A DNA stretch of 64,000 nt from Dudresnaya verticillata (taxonomy: Eukaryota): positions 1,674,001 through 1,738,000 of the forward strand of contig OZ374560.1 of the NCBI GenBank assembly GCA_977862235.1, in the 5' to 3' direction. The notes below the pieces were generated by a model, which saw only the letters and a list, made by a program, of their open reading frames with translations, was not told the origin of the DNA and did not search any database. This document shows positions 48,141 through 61,992 of the stretch, in pieces. A program made the position numbers and the translations under genes. Within the stretch, counting starts at the first letter, position 1. Every line of letters starts with the position of its first letter.

Positions 48141-49824
48141 AGAGCATTCGGTCTCCTTCGGTCAGGCAATCCCAAAATGAGCTCAAAGTACCCATTACTA
48201 CAGACCACTTGTGCCAACAAGTATACTATTTTTATGTTTATGATAATGGCCTAATCAGATATTTGTGTTCATTGCAGTGGACTGGAGCGTGACTTGTAAT
48301 GTTATCACCTGATTACCTGCATCAAGGTATGAGCAATGTAACGGTGCAACCACAGGAATGGTTTTTCGTACACCTCCGAAGGAGTCTCAGGATGAGGTTT
48401 TCCCGTCCCATCCTGAGTCTACAAGCTACTTTCAATAATTCTGGTCTGGTGAGAGATGTTTGATCTAGAAAACGGCATGCCGAGCGCTGATTCTAACGTA
48501 CGCAGTACCGAAGACGACAGGCGGCAGCTGGAAAACTTCTTGAACTGACCTTCGAGGAGCTCGACTACCTGGCTCATTACAATTTGGACAGGCTCGTAAA
48601 TTGGTGAAGATAGCCCGCAGAGCTGACGGTGACCTTGCACGTCGTGGTACCACACCCCAGAAGGATTATTTCAGTCTGTATATTCCTGTTATGGAAGCTC
48701 CTCTTCTCCTTTGAAAAGTAACAATCCATTTTCAGACAGATAGGATGTTCCGGTACGGAAGCAGACGGCTATCAGGATCGCAGGCGTACCGACTTGGGAA
48801 GATGCTGACGAAGACCACGACGTTTGGTCAGGATTCAGTGGGCAGCCCTCATTCATCCGAGGCAGCTCCGGGCATAACCAGGGCGAAACGCAGCACTACG
48901 CAGTTCCCAGTAGCTAATACGGCCCTCCATTGTAAACTCAGGCTTCCAGCTGGGCTCGAACGTCGTAATATCACGCCTTCATACTGAAAAATGTTGGGAT
49001 GGCCCCTACTGATGAAATAGTCTCACTTCTATTTGGAGCTCGCAAAAAATACAACGACATTGTTTGCGGTCGTGAAGGACTCAAGGAGGGACAGGATCAC
49101 CAGCTGAGCTCGTCTTCAAAACGATGCTATGCCCGACCCTCCTCATGTGTATCTTCCATATCCCGGTCACTTCTCTCGCATACTTCATCAAAACTCCCAT
49201 CGATCGTGCGAATTCTTTCGTGACATTTCTAACATGTTTCACAACACGCGCTTACCAGACGCGATCACAGAACGTTTCCATTCCACGCTATTCCAGTCGG
49301 AAACCTTCCAGGGTTAGTTCAAAATGCTCTCGAGACCAAGCTGGGACACCGCCTGCAACAAAATTTGATTGAACCCCTACAAACAAGAGTACCGATTGCA
49401 TTTAAATGTGCCGTCCTAATTGCAGTTTGGGTTTCTGACAGCTGTTATATGGACACCTTCAACCGATTATTACCTTCCACCCGGTACTCCACCAACCTCT
49501 AGAAGCTGCTGATCATACTTTTACCGCACCAGGGCCACGGCTTTCTACCTCTCAGAGACGCGAAAGAGCTCTCCTTGTTTATCAAGGATGAACTGAACAT
49601 GGTGTGCGTCACTCGCCCGAATTCGAAGTCTCAACATTGAAGAAGACCATCAAGTCCACCGTGGACTGTAACTTCCTTCTGGTCAAGAAATCCACGCCGT
49701 CGACCCTCGGCACTGTTAGATGTAACCATGTACCGTTTTTGGTTGAATACAGAATGAACCGACGTGATTCGCCCCAACTCCCGCAAAGTTCATACTACAG
49801 GACAAGAAGTCTCGAATACGTCGC

Positions 49825-50675
49825 TTTGGTGCAAAGCGTCTCCGACGGAAAGCAAGCTCAGGGAGTTCCAAGCCCGGCTGTTAGCGGCGTCAAAGGACGA
49901 AATATTGTAGAGAGAAATGGCAATGCCGCAGGGTGGTCTGTACACTCCCTAGTCGGAAGATAGGTGAAGGAAAATGGAAAAGGTAACAAGGACAAAAAGA
50001 TGCACGTTGAAGTGACGGTGGGAAACCACGAAGCAAGGTAGACCGAGTCATAACCCTCAGGCTACAGTCAATGGTACGTGCATTCCAAAAGGGGCATTCT
50101 GGTCCCAGGCCGGGCTACTGGGGTCTAAGGTGAGGTCCTAGACGGGTTGGCTAACTACTAGTGCTACTACGCGCGCGGCGGCGACAGTATGGCAAGCGCG
50201 TGGAAACTCGGGACGCGTGTCCATTCGCCGTGAGTCTGACAAGCGTCACGGCGATAAAGACCGTACTGCTGGTAGACGCGCTCGCGTCCCCGTGCGTGCG
50301 GCCAACGCATACACTTGCACGTGGTCACGACCAATCCTTACAGTACGAGTTCTGGAACAAATCGTGCTCGAGCGTGCTCCGAGTGCGCTCCGGCGGGCCC
50401 GCGCACGCGTGTACCGCGTGTACGCGTGCGGCCCGGTTACATTCCACGCCGTCCGCACTCGGCGTCCAGCTGTACCTGAGCCAAGGCCGATCTGGCCGGG
50501 GTTTGCACCCCTACGATGGGTTTCCTCCACAAAGCGAGCAGGTTCGCGCCCACACCCACTGAGCGGTTACGGAATTGTCCCAACGCCGAACGGCGGTCGA
50601 CACCCGTCGTCGATGGCGTTCACGTCAGCGGCCGTAGATTACTTCAGGAGTGCCGCGTGCGGTGTTTGCACCACA
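49825..50675 (-). repeat. Diverged, probably solo LTR, TGTGGTGCAA family
   Basis: TTTGGTGCAAA...TTTGCACCACA ends and the shared AACTCGGGACGCGTGTC block. Flanks GTCGC/ACTGC do not match as a TSD. Confidence 0.7.
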
Positions 50676-51779
50676 ACTGCACTTCCCCATCAACCACGAT
50701 AAGGTAGTAAAGACCGTTCGAAGACTAGTCTGGATACCCATCGGCCGCTGCCCGCTCCTATCCATCCTCTACCTCACGTTCTACTTTCGTTAAACCATTT
50801 ATCATGGAACTTTACATGCTCAGCCCACATTGCAGCGAGTCGTGGGGAGGAAGTTGCGAGTGAATGGAACTCCCGCCCCCTATCCAAACATGGGATGAAT
50901 AAAACACGCGATCAACAGTCGTTGTTTTCGATGCCATTCATACAGCAGGGGCCGTTGTATACACAGATTTCGTCTTAAGGTGGATTATAACACTCCTTCA
51001 ACTAGCTTATGTAGCTCCAAACAATTCAGACCATCACAATTCTGGTCATGAAGTAAGAAAGGAGTACCTGATGTCCACTACAATCGCAATTTTCTGGACT
51101 GTCATGTCTGAAAGACTGCATTTGCTCATGTTTGGCACCGCCGCGAACACATAAATACATTCGAAACTCATATTGGTATTATTACTTTCGAGTGGGCAGC
51201 TGCGCTTCCCGTAGTGGGTTCATTTCTAATCCTACCGTCCGAGTCCCTTGTCACTATATCTTCCTTCAGAAAGGGGCGCTCGTCTTCATCTTCGTCATGA
51301 TTTCCTTGCGGGTAATAAGCCTTGTTGCATTTGTTTTTTGCTTTGATTTTTAGGGTATGATCTAGAGGTCCGTTTAATCCATATTCCCTCCGCAGTTGAT
51401 CTCATCGACGGTCTATATAGATTGAAGTCACGTGCGGATAAGCCATGCATTCCGCAGACATAAAGGCAGCTGATGACAACTCTACATCGCGGTATAAGCG
51501 AAGTAATTGCTCCATACCGGTAGCTGTGTTCTAAAAGCGCTTCTTATGTTGCGCACGTATCGCAGTAGACACTAGAGGGAGGACTTTGACGCAACCCTTG
51601 CTCAGAGCTCTCCTTCTGGCGATGTTTGATGGCTCGAACTAGGGAATGTATGACACCCTGGAGCCTACCGTATTCCTGTTCAGCAGCGGCGCATTGGGGT
51701 TCTGCGGCAGAGTTCGTATTTCACCAGAACGTACGGCACCTATTTCCTCGCATACAGTCGAGCTGTATGGACCATTGTG

Positions 51780-53400
51780 GCTTAAAAAGACGCGGTCATG
51801 CGGGGCCACGCTAATCCAAGACTTCGAAGGAATGGCGGGGAGTTTGGCGAGTTGGCGAGGGTATTCTGCGCCCCAAGCGCGATGCTGTAGGTTTGTAGTT
51901 CTTCAATAACGGGGGGCTGGGAATCATGGTAGCATTGTACTACAGCTTCATAGTATCTCGGGCTCGCCAATATCGTCTTGGTATCTCGGTGGTGAGCGCG
52001 GTTATTGCAGGTTGGCACAGGGACGGAGTGGGGAAGCGCTGTGGGAGGGTGGTGACGATGGGTGAGTGGTCACTGGCCACATCCGAGGTACCTTCCGCGA
52101 CATAGGGTTGTACCATGCGATCACCATTGGGGACTAAAAGGCGATGGTGCTTGAACTTTGTGCAACGCAGGAGACCGTACACTCGCCAAGGGGGCTATTA
52201 TACCTTCTAGAACGGGTCAATATCGCCAAAGGCGTTTGACTCTCGTTTTGAACGTTGGCGCGAAAACACCGCTCATTCGGCCTCTATCGTCGACGGCATC
52301 CGTGGACGCACAGCCGCTCGGGCCAAATTCGTGTACACGTGCATCCTCAGAATTTGGTGGCATGCAGACAAAAGGGACGCGTGCCGGCCAGACCTTCATC
52401 CGCTGATCGCGATTGGCACAGGCGAAACACGTGCGCATCCGGCGCCTTTAATGTGACAGTACTGTACGCCGGATGTGTCCACATGAACATTGGTGTAAGA
52501 CTACACGCACCTGTTGGTGGGCAGCGAGGTAATTGGATCAGGCGCTTAGCGGCTGCAGCGTGGTTCCGTTTATCAGAGACATGTGCGAACGCCACGTGTC
52601 CTTAGTTCTCGCGCACGCGTATCGCCGCTGCTAAGCCGCACGTCACGTCCATCGGCGGCGATACTTCGGTAAACCACCGATTAAGGCTCAGTAAACCCCC
52701 TGTAAGCCATCCTCGCACCTGAAAGTCCTTTCCGGATATTCTGTCTAATCCTACCACTAGCGCTAGGCCAAAAGGTCAGTACCATCGTGCTTCCAAGTCT
52801 ACCGTCGTCCTAGACGTGCTCCTCTATTTTTGCTCCTTTTACTTTCCGTTCCTACGTATCATACCGCCCAGGGCGTTAGAGTCAGCCTCGAGGCGTTTTA
52901 ATTTGCTCTACTACCACCGTCTACGGTGGGCTTGAACTCCCCTGCCGTGTTTCTCGTCTCTGAAATTTGCACCACATCAACCGCGGCTGCCACTTACACT
53001 GTGCAAGGTCGGTAAAGAAGGGCGGAGATTGTTAACGGGTTCCGAAAGCACCACATTGATATGCCGAGATCGAAGTCAATACCATTCCACACAGCAGAAC
53101 GCAGCAAGGGTCTCATACCCACGAAGGGAAGCCCTGTCGGCCTGCCTCCAAAGCAGCTACTGCCATTAGTCGCAGCGGCCACGTCAACGGCTCCACACGA
53201 CACAGAACTGGCCACATCATCGCAAGTTACGAAATCACCATGGCAAATGTGTGGTGCCTCACCCGGATCTCTGGGCCTGATAACGGCTAAAAGACGGGCC
53301 ACACCGTGTCGAAAGATGACCCACCCATACTCCACAAAAACGAAATTCCAGGATCCCCCCAGCACGGCAGGTAACGTCAGCCCGACCTCGAAACACGACG
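51780..53400 (-). mobile_element. Degenerate LINE endonuclease remnant interrupted by a solo LTR
   Basis: PTLHSVSGSRG|STI...QPYVAEG...SDHSPIV...TKTILASPRYYEAV parallels the LINE at 36000-37064. Confidence 0.6.
52157..52976 (+). repeat. Diverged solo LTR, TGTGGTGCAA family
   Basis: TTTGTGCAA...TTGCACCACA ends, TSD TGAAC/TCAAC (4 of 5), ACCGCCCAGGGCGTT shared with the LTR at 2268-3166. Confidence 0.7.
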
Positions 53401-56400
53401 GCACTGACGCCTACCCGGATACTACTGTCGCCGCCGACACTGCCCCTCGCCACCGACCCTGCCCCCTCGCCACCGACCCCGCCCCCTCGCCACTAGCCCC
53501 CGATGCAAAACCAGCCCCACCGCTCCCGGAAACTCTGGAAATCTCAACACCGCGATCCCGCCGCCTGGGAAATAACGCGGCTATCCCCGTGGACCGAAAA
53601 CCGTCCAATCCTCCCTAACCAGCCTCGGCACTACCCTCGTCCCACGCCGTTTCCGTCCAGTTGACTTCCCTGCATTACGTCCTGTGCTGAAAGTGCCCGA
53701 GGCCCACGCCGGGAACCCTCTGCAGAGCCCTGAAGCCCCCTCCAACCTGCGCTGCACATCCTGTGGATCTTACATCTCAGGTCACACCCTGCTCCAAGCA
53801 CTTCACATCGCCAACGCCATATCAGAAACTGCACTCGAGATGACGAAGGCTCTCGCCGTCACAAAGCCCACTAGATGCCCAGCTCGGACGCAAGTGCCGG
53901 ACAATCCGTGCCTTGAGAACCAATCGGGCCGGTGGACAAATAAAATTGGTCCAGGAAGCGGCGTGCGGGTCCCCAGGAGTTGCAGGTATGAGCCCAGGAG
54001 GTGGTTTCTGAATGTCAGGCTGGAAGTTGGCCTTCTGGCCGTTTTGAGCGCGAGAGCGGTGGTCGCGCGAGTTGTGCCGCAATGCGGCGGAGTGTCGTTC
54101 GTGGATGATACGCGCGATGCGTAGGCTCTACGCCTCCTTCCCAGGAGCAGCGCAGACTAGATGCCGTCCCAGCATCTAGACACTTCCGTGCGCGGTACAT
54201 AAATCGAGTTTACTCGAGCGTGTCTTGATCACCAGGTACCTCTAAACTTCCTTGGGTCGCGTCGCCGTCGCGATATTTATAATTCTCGTTCACCGCTTAC
54301 AGAACCTTTCTGAGAGGATCCTGACTAGTCCTGACGACTCCTGCAGACCTCGGAGTGGCTCCTGACACTGCCTGAGTGCGATATTAAGTCCAATCATAAT
54401 CCTCACTCTGGACCCATCAGCAGCTCACTGGTCCTGAAGTTGGCTTTCTATCATACCATCTATCATACCATCAGGAAGCACGCACCTGATGTGCGGCACT
54501 TGCCCCAAGGCAACTTCAGGAGCAGGTACAGGATGCGCCAGAGGGGCAACGCATAGCCAGTAGTTGTACAGGATGAACATAAACTGTTCGCAGCGTTCGG
54601 TTTCGAGCATGAGTCGTCTGTGTACATTACTGTCGTACTGTGGAGTCTCCTGGAGACGACAGAGGGCCTTCCACGACCCATTGTGCTACTGGCGTCTCCA
54701 ACTTATGCGAGACCAGCATCTCCTGAAGTGCTCCTTTCGATTGATCCTTTGTCAGTGAATCTGCGATGTTGTGTTCGCTTCGAATCCACCCAATGTTGGT
54801 GCGCTCCCCGTATCTGTATGCTTCGCGCAGCCCCGAAATATCTATCAGTAGTCGTTTTTCGGTCATAGAACACAGGGTGACGATAGAATCAAATAGAGTC
54901 TTCGAGTCCGTGAATAGACGAAGTTCCACATGACGCCGCAGGACACGATTATAAGCGTGTCGCATTGAAAATCCGGCGCGGAAACTGTTGGCCACAGCGT
55001 ACAGCTCAGCTGCCAAGACAGACCTCGTCACTCTCTTACACTTGGTTGATGACCAATTCAGGATGGCGCAATTCTTACCGCTGTCGACAGCAACGATTAC
55101 ATGGCCGAGATGTGAGGACAAGTCCCTATTCGTGGCGAACGAGGTGTCTGCGTTTACATGTATCTCGCCTGTTACCAGGTCCAGCGGGCGGTACATGAGT
55201 TGCACAGTTGAATTTCTCAGCCGTTTGAAGACATAGTCTAGTCTCCTGAAATCCTCCTCCTGTGCATCCTTAGCAGGAAGCTGAGCGAGTTGGTTCACGG
55301 CGCACGTAATATCTGGGCGTGTGCATGTACTGACATATGCAGCTTGTACGCGTAGAGACAGAAACGCTTCAGGAGTTCTTGGGGCCTTGATGCTTTCCAT
55401 CCTGTCGATATAGGGTTGTTGATGAGCAACTATTATCTCATGTTTCATGCTGAGATGTTGACCACTGAACTTTTATTCTCCTGAAGGTTTTAAGAAATTC
55501 CTCCCCTTGGTAGGAAATCTCCTGGATGACTTTTCCTCTTCTTCCAGGAACACAGCACTTCCTGAACCGGCTGAGTCGTCAACCTGCAGACAAATCAATC
55601 CGTCCAGGTTACCTTCTGCATCGTGCCGTGTAAGGAAACAGGGGTCTGTCTCAAGACTTCTCATCTCTAAAACATCATGATGGTGAGCTATATACGTCTG
55701 AACCATAATAATCCACTCTCGGGAAGACCGTACAGTGGGCGACAGACCAACCAAAGCACATCCGGGTCCAGTCCCAACTCCTTGGGAGGAACGACATACA
55801 CTTCTCGTAATAGTGTGGCATCGGTAGAAACGTACGCTTGGCTGATGTCACGCGTGAAGAATGGCATCCGCTTGGCTGCAGTAATCGAGACCTGTATGCG
55901 CACTGACGACCTGTTGACTGTAGGAGAGTACGTGAACAGCATCCGTATGTTCTTGTCCTTTTTGCCAATGGCCTGTACCACCAGTCGTGCCTTGTATTAC
56001 TACTCCGTGGTTCCTGGTTCCTGGTTCCTTGATCGCCAGTACGAGCTTGACTTTCATGACGTTAAGATTATTCAGCTCCTTCTTAGAGAATTGTGACCTG
56101 CGCTCCTCCTGAAATGTCTTCTTCGCGTGTAGCCCGTTCAATTCCTTCTTGATCGCCTCTTGGAATTCTAATCTCCTGGGATCATTTGAGGACAGTACCT
56201 GAGTATGCGTAGACTCTTCTAAAATCATATGGTCTTCTCCCATGGGTTCATGCACCTCCCGGGAGTCTTCCTGGGGTACGCCGAAGTAAAAGACGTCATC
56301 AAACGTCCCAACAACCGGCAATTCTTGCGTGTCTGCATCTCCTAAGTCTATCACAGGCAAACCAGGAAGTGCTTCGCTCGTTCCTTGTTCTCCTGCGTCC

Positions 56401-58019
56401 TGTACATAAATTCCAGGAAGCGTATCCTGTTGCGGTTCGTGTTCATCCAGGTCCATCATAATTACTGGGTCAGCCCCAGGTTCACTTGGAGTCTGCGTTT
56501 GTGTATCCTGCGGTGGCGTTGGCGTCTCCTGTGCGGGCATCTGCGTCACCTGTGGTGGTTCTGGGGCCTCCTGCTGCGCTGTAACATTTCCAGGAGTGCT
56601 CGTAGCCGCTTCCTGACCTTCTGCTGCATCTCCTGCATCGATCCCATATACGTCGGGTCGTGGTAGATATGTCCCTTCTCGCAGCTCGCTGACCTTTGAT
56701 ATCCCATATGGTTGCACATCTCCGTTGGGTTCCTTGATCAGGATCTGGTTGTCATCCCTGGAGATGAACGTACGCGGCTCCCACCTTCCTGTTGTCTCCC
56801 CATATACCAGCACCTTATCTCCTAGTTTGAGGTTAATAGGAGGTGTCTTTGGCACGAACGCTTTTTGTGCTTGGCGAAGGCGCATCCTGGCAATGATCGA
56901 GATGTATTCCTCTCTCGCAGTTTGAAGAATAATGATCCTTTCTGCCTGCGGGACAGCTCCTGGATGGGAACCGGGAAGTGGGAGCTTTGGTATTGCCCCA
57001 AAGACTCGCAGCGTTGGGCAGATGCCTTCCGGGTGTACTGTACTGTTAATGCACATCACTGCCACAGCGAGGAGATACTCATCGGTGACTCCTACAGGCC
57101 TGGTGTTCTTCTGGGACTTCCTTTTCTTCCCATTATTATCCTGTGCTTCTCCTGGGCATGCCTGGTTTTCCAGGAGTGTGTCCAACGGTTTAATTACGTA
57201 CGTATCCTGAAGTTAGAGAAAGGTCTTGCGCAACGGTCCGTGATACCTCTCCCCGACAGAAATCGCTTGTGGGCTCTCGAATCCTACGGACCGACAGGTT
57301 ATTCCTGCTTCAGCTGCCATCTCCTGTAGCCTAGGAGTCACAAACTGAACTCCTTCATTATGGCGCAGGTTGTCGGGAGCGCCCAGGTAGATCAGTACCC
57401 ACATCTGCATAAACGTACGCCAGATGCATTCTGTTGAGTCGCTCTCCAGGAACATCGCAGCCTGGACATGAGTGGCACGATCTACGATATGCAGGACCGG
57501 CTTAACCTGGATGTAAATGATATCGATAATGACCTCGCTATTAAATAGCAAGACCTCGTGCGGAATCGCAACCTGTACGACGTACGGCTTTGGCGCAAGC
57601 AGCTGACATTCCCGACATCGGGCTTGGATGTCTGCGATCATCGCGCGCGTGTCCTTGTCAACTTCAGAGGGCCTGACGCGCTTCAGGAAGTCGTGTAGAC
57701 GCCTGACTCCAGGATGTCCGAACCGGTAGTGCAATTTATTCAACTCCTGCTCTGTGAAGAGGCACTCATCCTGAAAATTCCACCTTATCCAGAAATGTCT
57801 CAGGTCACCCACCACCTACTGATCAGGTCCTCACAGGAAAGAGATAGTATTCCTTACCTGATCCACGCCGTGGGATTCCAACTTGTCCATCTCTCGCAGC
57901 CCTAGAATCAGCGGCAGGTCAGCATCTTCGACAATAGGAGCATCGAATGCTAGTACTATGTCTCCGTAAGGGAATCGGAATGTTGTAATCCCAATGCACG
58001 CCGAGCCCCCATGTCCTGA

Positions 58020-58929
58020 TGTGGTGCAAAACGTCTGAGACGATAGACCGCCGAGCAGTTCGGGGCTCGGTGGGTAGCTGCGCCCTTGGCGAGAGGTGGT
58101 CCCGCCGTGGGCGACTTGGTGGTAGAGCAAAGGAACACGCCTTGGGCGGACTGTAGACGCCCGAGGCGGAAGGTGTGAAGGAAGGGAAAAGGAAACAGAA
58201 AGGGAACACGTCAAGGACGATGGTAGACGTGGGAGCACGGGAGGTAGGCGCTTAGCCGTAGGCAGCGGTAGGATGCGCGCGTGCGGAACGGGGAAGTCTG
58301 GACCAGGGCCGGCTTGCCCGGGCGTTTACTGTTACGTCTGGGACGGCTTACCTAAGTATAGTACGGCGGTGCGGCGGCGGCGGTGCGTGTGCGTAGCGCG
58401 GGAACTCGGGACACGTGTCGTCCCGAGGCGCGTCTGACAGATCACCGATTGCATGCAGCCGCGCGCCTGACAGGTTGCCGTGCAATCCCCTTTATGGGTG
58501 CTTACACACACACGTGGACGCGTGGGCCTTACAACCGTGCGTGCGCGCGCACTGTAGAGCGTGCGCATTAGATCTAATCCGATACTTGTCCGATCCCGAT
58601 CCCATCCGGATCGGGCCAGCAATGCGAATACCCGCAGCTTTACAGGCGCGGATCTTACAGCTTAGGCGATCCGGATAGCCAATCTGGATACCGGATCCGG
58701 ATCCCATCTGGATCCGTATTACAGTGTCCCGGGGCGCCACGTCGGGCCATCACCGTACAGTGCCCGCGTGGCGCGCGGCGCGCAGTGTGCGCGGGCGCCC
58801 CAGTGAGCCGTCGATGACGTGTTCGCGCGCCAACGGCAGTGGTGAGCGCCGGTGGCGGTTTCTCCGTCGGTCGACGTATTTGGTCTTCCCGCTTTCAGCG
58901 AAAAAGGGCTCACCTCCCCTTGCACCACA
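58020..58929 (-). mobile_element. 910-bp solo LTR (TGTGGTGCAA family) inserted in the Copia protease region
   Basis: Perfect 10-bp inverted ends TGTGGTGCAA/TTGCACCACA and perfect TSD CCTGA (58015-58019, 58930-58934). Removal restores HFAVSG|HGGSACIG. Confidence 0.95.
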
Positions 58930-61900
58930 CCTGACACCGCGAAGTGATTTTTGAGCTGGCGAAGCGGCGTGGGCTGACCTGTAAAATACCGGTAGGCTTC
59001 GAGCTGTGCAGTACCGCATAGGGAACCTGTAGATTCATTATCGACCATTACTCCTGGAAAGAAACCAGCCGGATATCGCAAAGCAGCTCCTCGACGGCTT
59101 GCCCCTTGCTTGCGCCTCCTGTATGATGTGGCTTCTTGTTCTGCTTACGGGAGGAGATATGTCGTACGCCATAGAAGGTGTGTTCTGTCTTGAGCGTGTT
59201 ACAGGAGATGTACACGGACTCTGCCTGGTCCACGGGATCAACCTGAAGCTCGATAAACATGCTCTCGTCCAAGTGGCGGTCCAGTTCGAAAGAAAGATCA
59301 TGCGCGGAGTCTAGGACAAAGCAAACTGCATGTCTTGCGCCCGGTTCTGAGTCCTGGTTCTCCTGAACACCTTCTGAATCCAGTGCCTCGTGGTGTGCAG
59401 ATGTAGGTTCCTCCTGGTCTTTGAGCTGTAGAAAATAGGAACGACGTTGATCTCCCTGTTTCCTGGATTTCATCCTGGAAATTTCTTCCAAGCGCTTTGC
59501 GCGGAATCGCTCCTTGTTGGGATCCTGGCAATCCTTGTAGAAGTGCGTTTCACTTCCGCAACCTGTACAGGTCATCACTGTACCGTCCTTGAGACGCGGG
59601 TTCTTCCTGGAAGAATTGTTAGCAGCTCCTCTGAAGCTTCTGGAGTTTGGCTGTCCGTAGCAACGAGTCTCAACGTTCATCGCCTCGCGTACAGTGCGCA
59701 TCCTTGAAGACATCTGACGAAAACGGCGCTCCTTCTCAATCGCAATCTAGATTTTTCCTTGCAACCTGTAGGAGGTTATCCTCATAGAGGAGTCGTCCAC
59801 GTATGCCTAGAATGGTTCGCGCTGCAGAGCACGGCGGTAGAAATCGCGTAGGAGAGCATCCTTCCTGTACGTTGAACCTAAGTTCTGTTGCAGCCTACGT
59901 GACTTCTTGATGAGTCGGTGGAACGCTCTCCCCGTGCTGTCGCCTTCCTGACGCATGTCCTGCAATGTTATCGTATTCCACTGTGCCTTTGCGTGGCTGT
60001 GGAATTCAGGAGTTTCCAAAGCTCGTCCTAGAGCCTTCAAAGCGCGCGATGCATTCCGAAATTCACCTTCCAGGACACGGTAACGAAAGCGGTTGATCTA
60101 TTCGTCGAGCGCGTCTCCCTTGAGCGCTACCTTCAAGCAGATAAGACCTGCAGGACTTGGGAGGGCGAACAAGTCCATCATGGCCTGGTACGTTTACACG
60201 AATTCCCGAGTGGAATATCGGGCATCCTTCGGACCAGACCAGTTGTTGTCCGAGCGGTTGAAGTAGGATACAAATTCCTTCAGTCCAGGAATTTTCTTCC
60301 TGACGCTCTGGGTCTCGGCGATTCGGGTGGCACTGTAGTCGCGGTGGGCCTTACACTGCTTTTTCCGAGATTCTCCTGCGACGTGTAGATCGGTTGCCCC
60401 GACGCGGAGATTTGTCAGGAGAATCGTGCGAGTCCGATGAGCTTGACGAATACTTCCCTCGTCGTCCAGAAAATTTCCTATCCCAACTCGAACTGCTTGA
60501 GGAGCTGGAGGATGATAAGCTGGAGGGCGAAGATGGCGGGTCTTGTCATGAGCGTCCTCTCCTATCCCCTTCACGAGAACGCGAGTCCCTGTGTGTTCTG
60601 GGGGATCGGTACGCTATCCTGTGGGTCCGATAGTCCGCCCGTGCACCAACTGTGGCACCAGAAATGTCCAGTTCCTCCGGGTGCTCGACAGCTTGAGGTT
60701 CCTCCATCAGCGGACTGTACTTACCGAAATTAACCTTCCTGGGAGCCGTGACAGATTCGCTCCTTCTCTCAGGACGCCTCCTGAGCGCGAAAGTACTTCC
60801 CCAGCGTGTGCTGGTCGGTACATCGACAAAGGAGATTCCGGAGCTATCGTGCCTCGGCGCGGTGTCATCGCGGTTCACTTTCTGAAACGAGGTTGTGTGT
60901 GCTGGCCCGGAACGCACGTCCTGAGCTGAGCTTTGGACATCCTGCATCTCCTGATGATGGTGCTTCCGGATCTAACAGTTCCTTCAGGAACTGTTCGCTT
61001 CCCTTGATTTGGCGAGGAATGTCCAGGAAAGTTCTCGTCGCGTCCAGGAACAATACCTCTCGCGGCTTCCGTCTTGTACCTTCTCTCTTCTTCAATGTGC
61101 AAGTCCTGAACCACTTTGTGGTTCCTTGTCTCCCGAATATTCCGGGACATTGCGCGATAGATGTTAACGAGGGCTTCCTTATTGGACACGTATACTTCAT
61201 CGTCTTTTGCGACGAGTGCTGAGGTCTCCAGAGCGCGCATGATGCAGTTTGCGTGGATGTAGTGCATTCGTCGGATGGCCTCCTCGTTGAAGAACGGAGA
61301 GTCGGCAAAGATCTTGAAAATGTCACGTCCTGCCGCAGTCGGATCTCCTGAAATGTCAGCGAGCCGGATGAGATCCTGTATTTCCTTCAAAAGAAAGTAC
61401 AATCTGTCCTGCTCAGGATTCTCCTGTAGTTGCACAGTAGGCACAAACCGAAGACGACTGGATACTGTGCTACCTGATCTTGCACTCGGCGAAGGAGGAG
61501 CAGCTTCGGCTGGATCGGTTTCGTTGGAGTTAGAATTTCCAGGTTGCCTAGGAACGGAGTCTTTCTGATTCGACGAGCTTGATTGCGCGGCGTCCTGCTG
61601 AGAAATTGAGGCAGCAGCATCCTGACGGGTGCTGTTAGAGCTACCAGAATTATTTCCCGCGGCGCCGCGCTGAGATTTTGATCCTCTAGAGTTGTCCTGC
61701 AACCTCGATGCATCTCCAGTGGGCGTAGATGAACTTCCTGACTTCCCAGGACCAGCTCCCTGAACCACATCAGGCGCGGTTACAGCTACAGGTTGGGCTT
61801 GGCTGACACGACCTTGAGCAGAACTTCCACGGCCACGACCACGTCCCGGTAAATGTCCTCCTGCCTCTTCGTTGAGCCGATCGATTGATACGTCTCCCAG

Positions 61901-61982
61901 GTGACATTCTGACGGATATCCTTGGCACTCTGCGCCGGCTCAAACTTGCAAAAGCCTAAGAGACGGGTACTTGTCGACGGTA

Positions 61983-61992
61983 ACTTATAAGT
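61983..61992 (-). other. Palindrome ACTTATAAGT at the PBS position
   Basis: Overlaps the last base of the 5' LTR. No TGG-type PBS is present. Confidence 0.7.

Noticed and set aside
48400..49800. ORF fragments faintly like LINE ORF1 (FHSTLF versus YHSTTF)
   Set aside because: Similarity too short to support a call.
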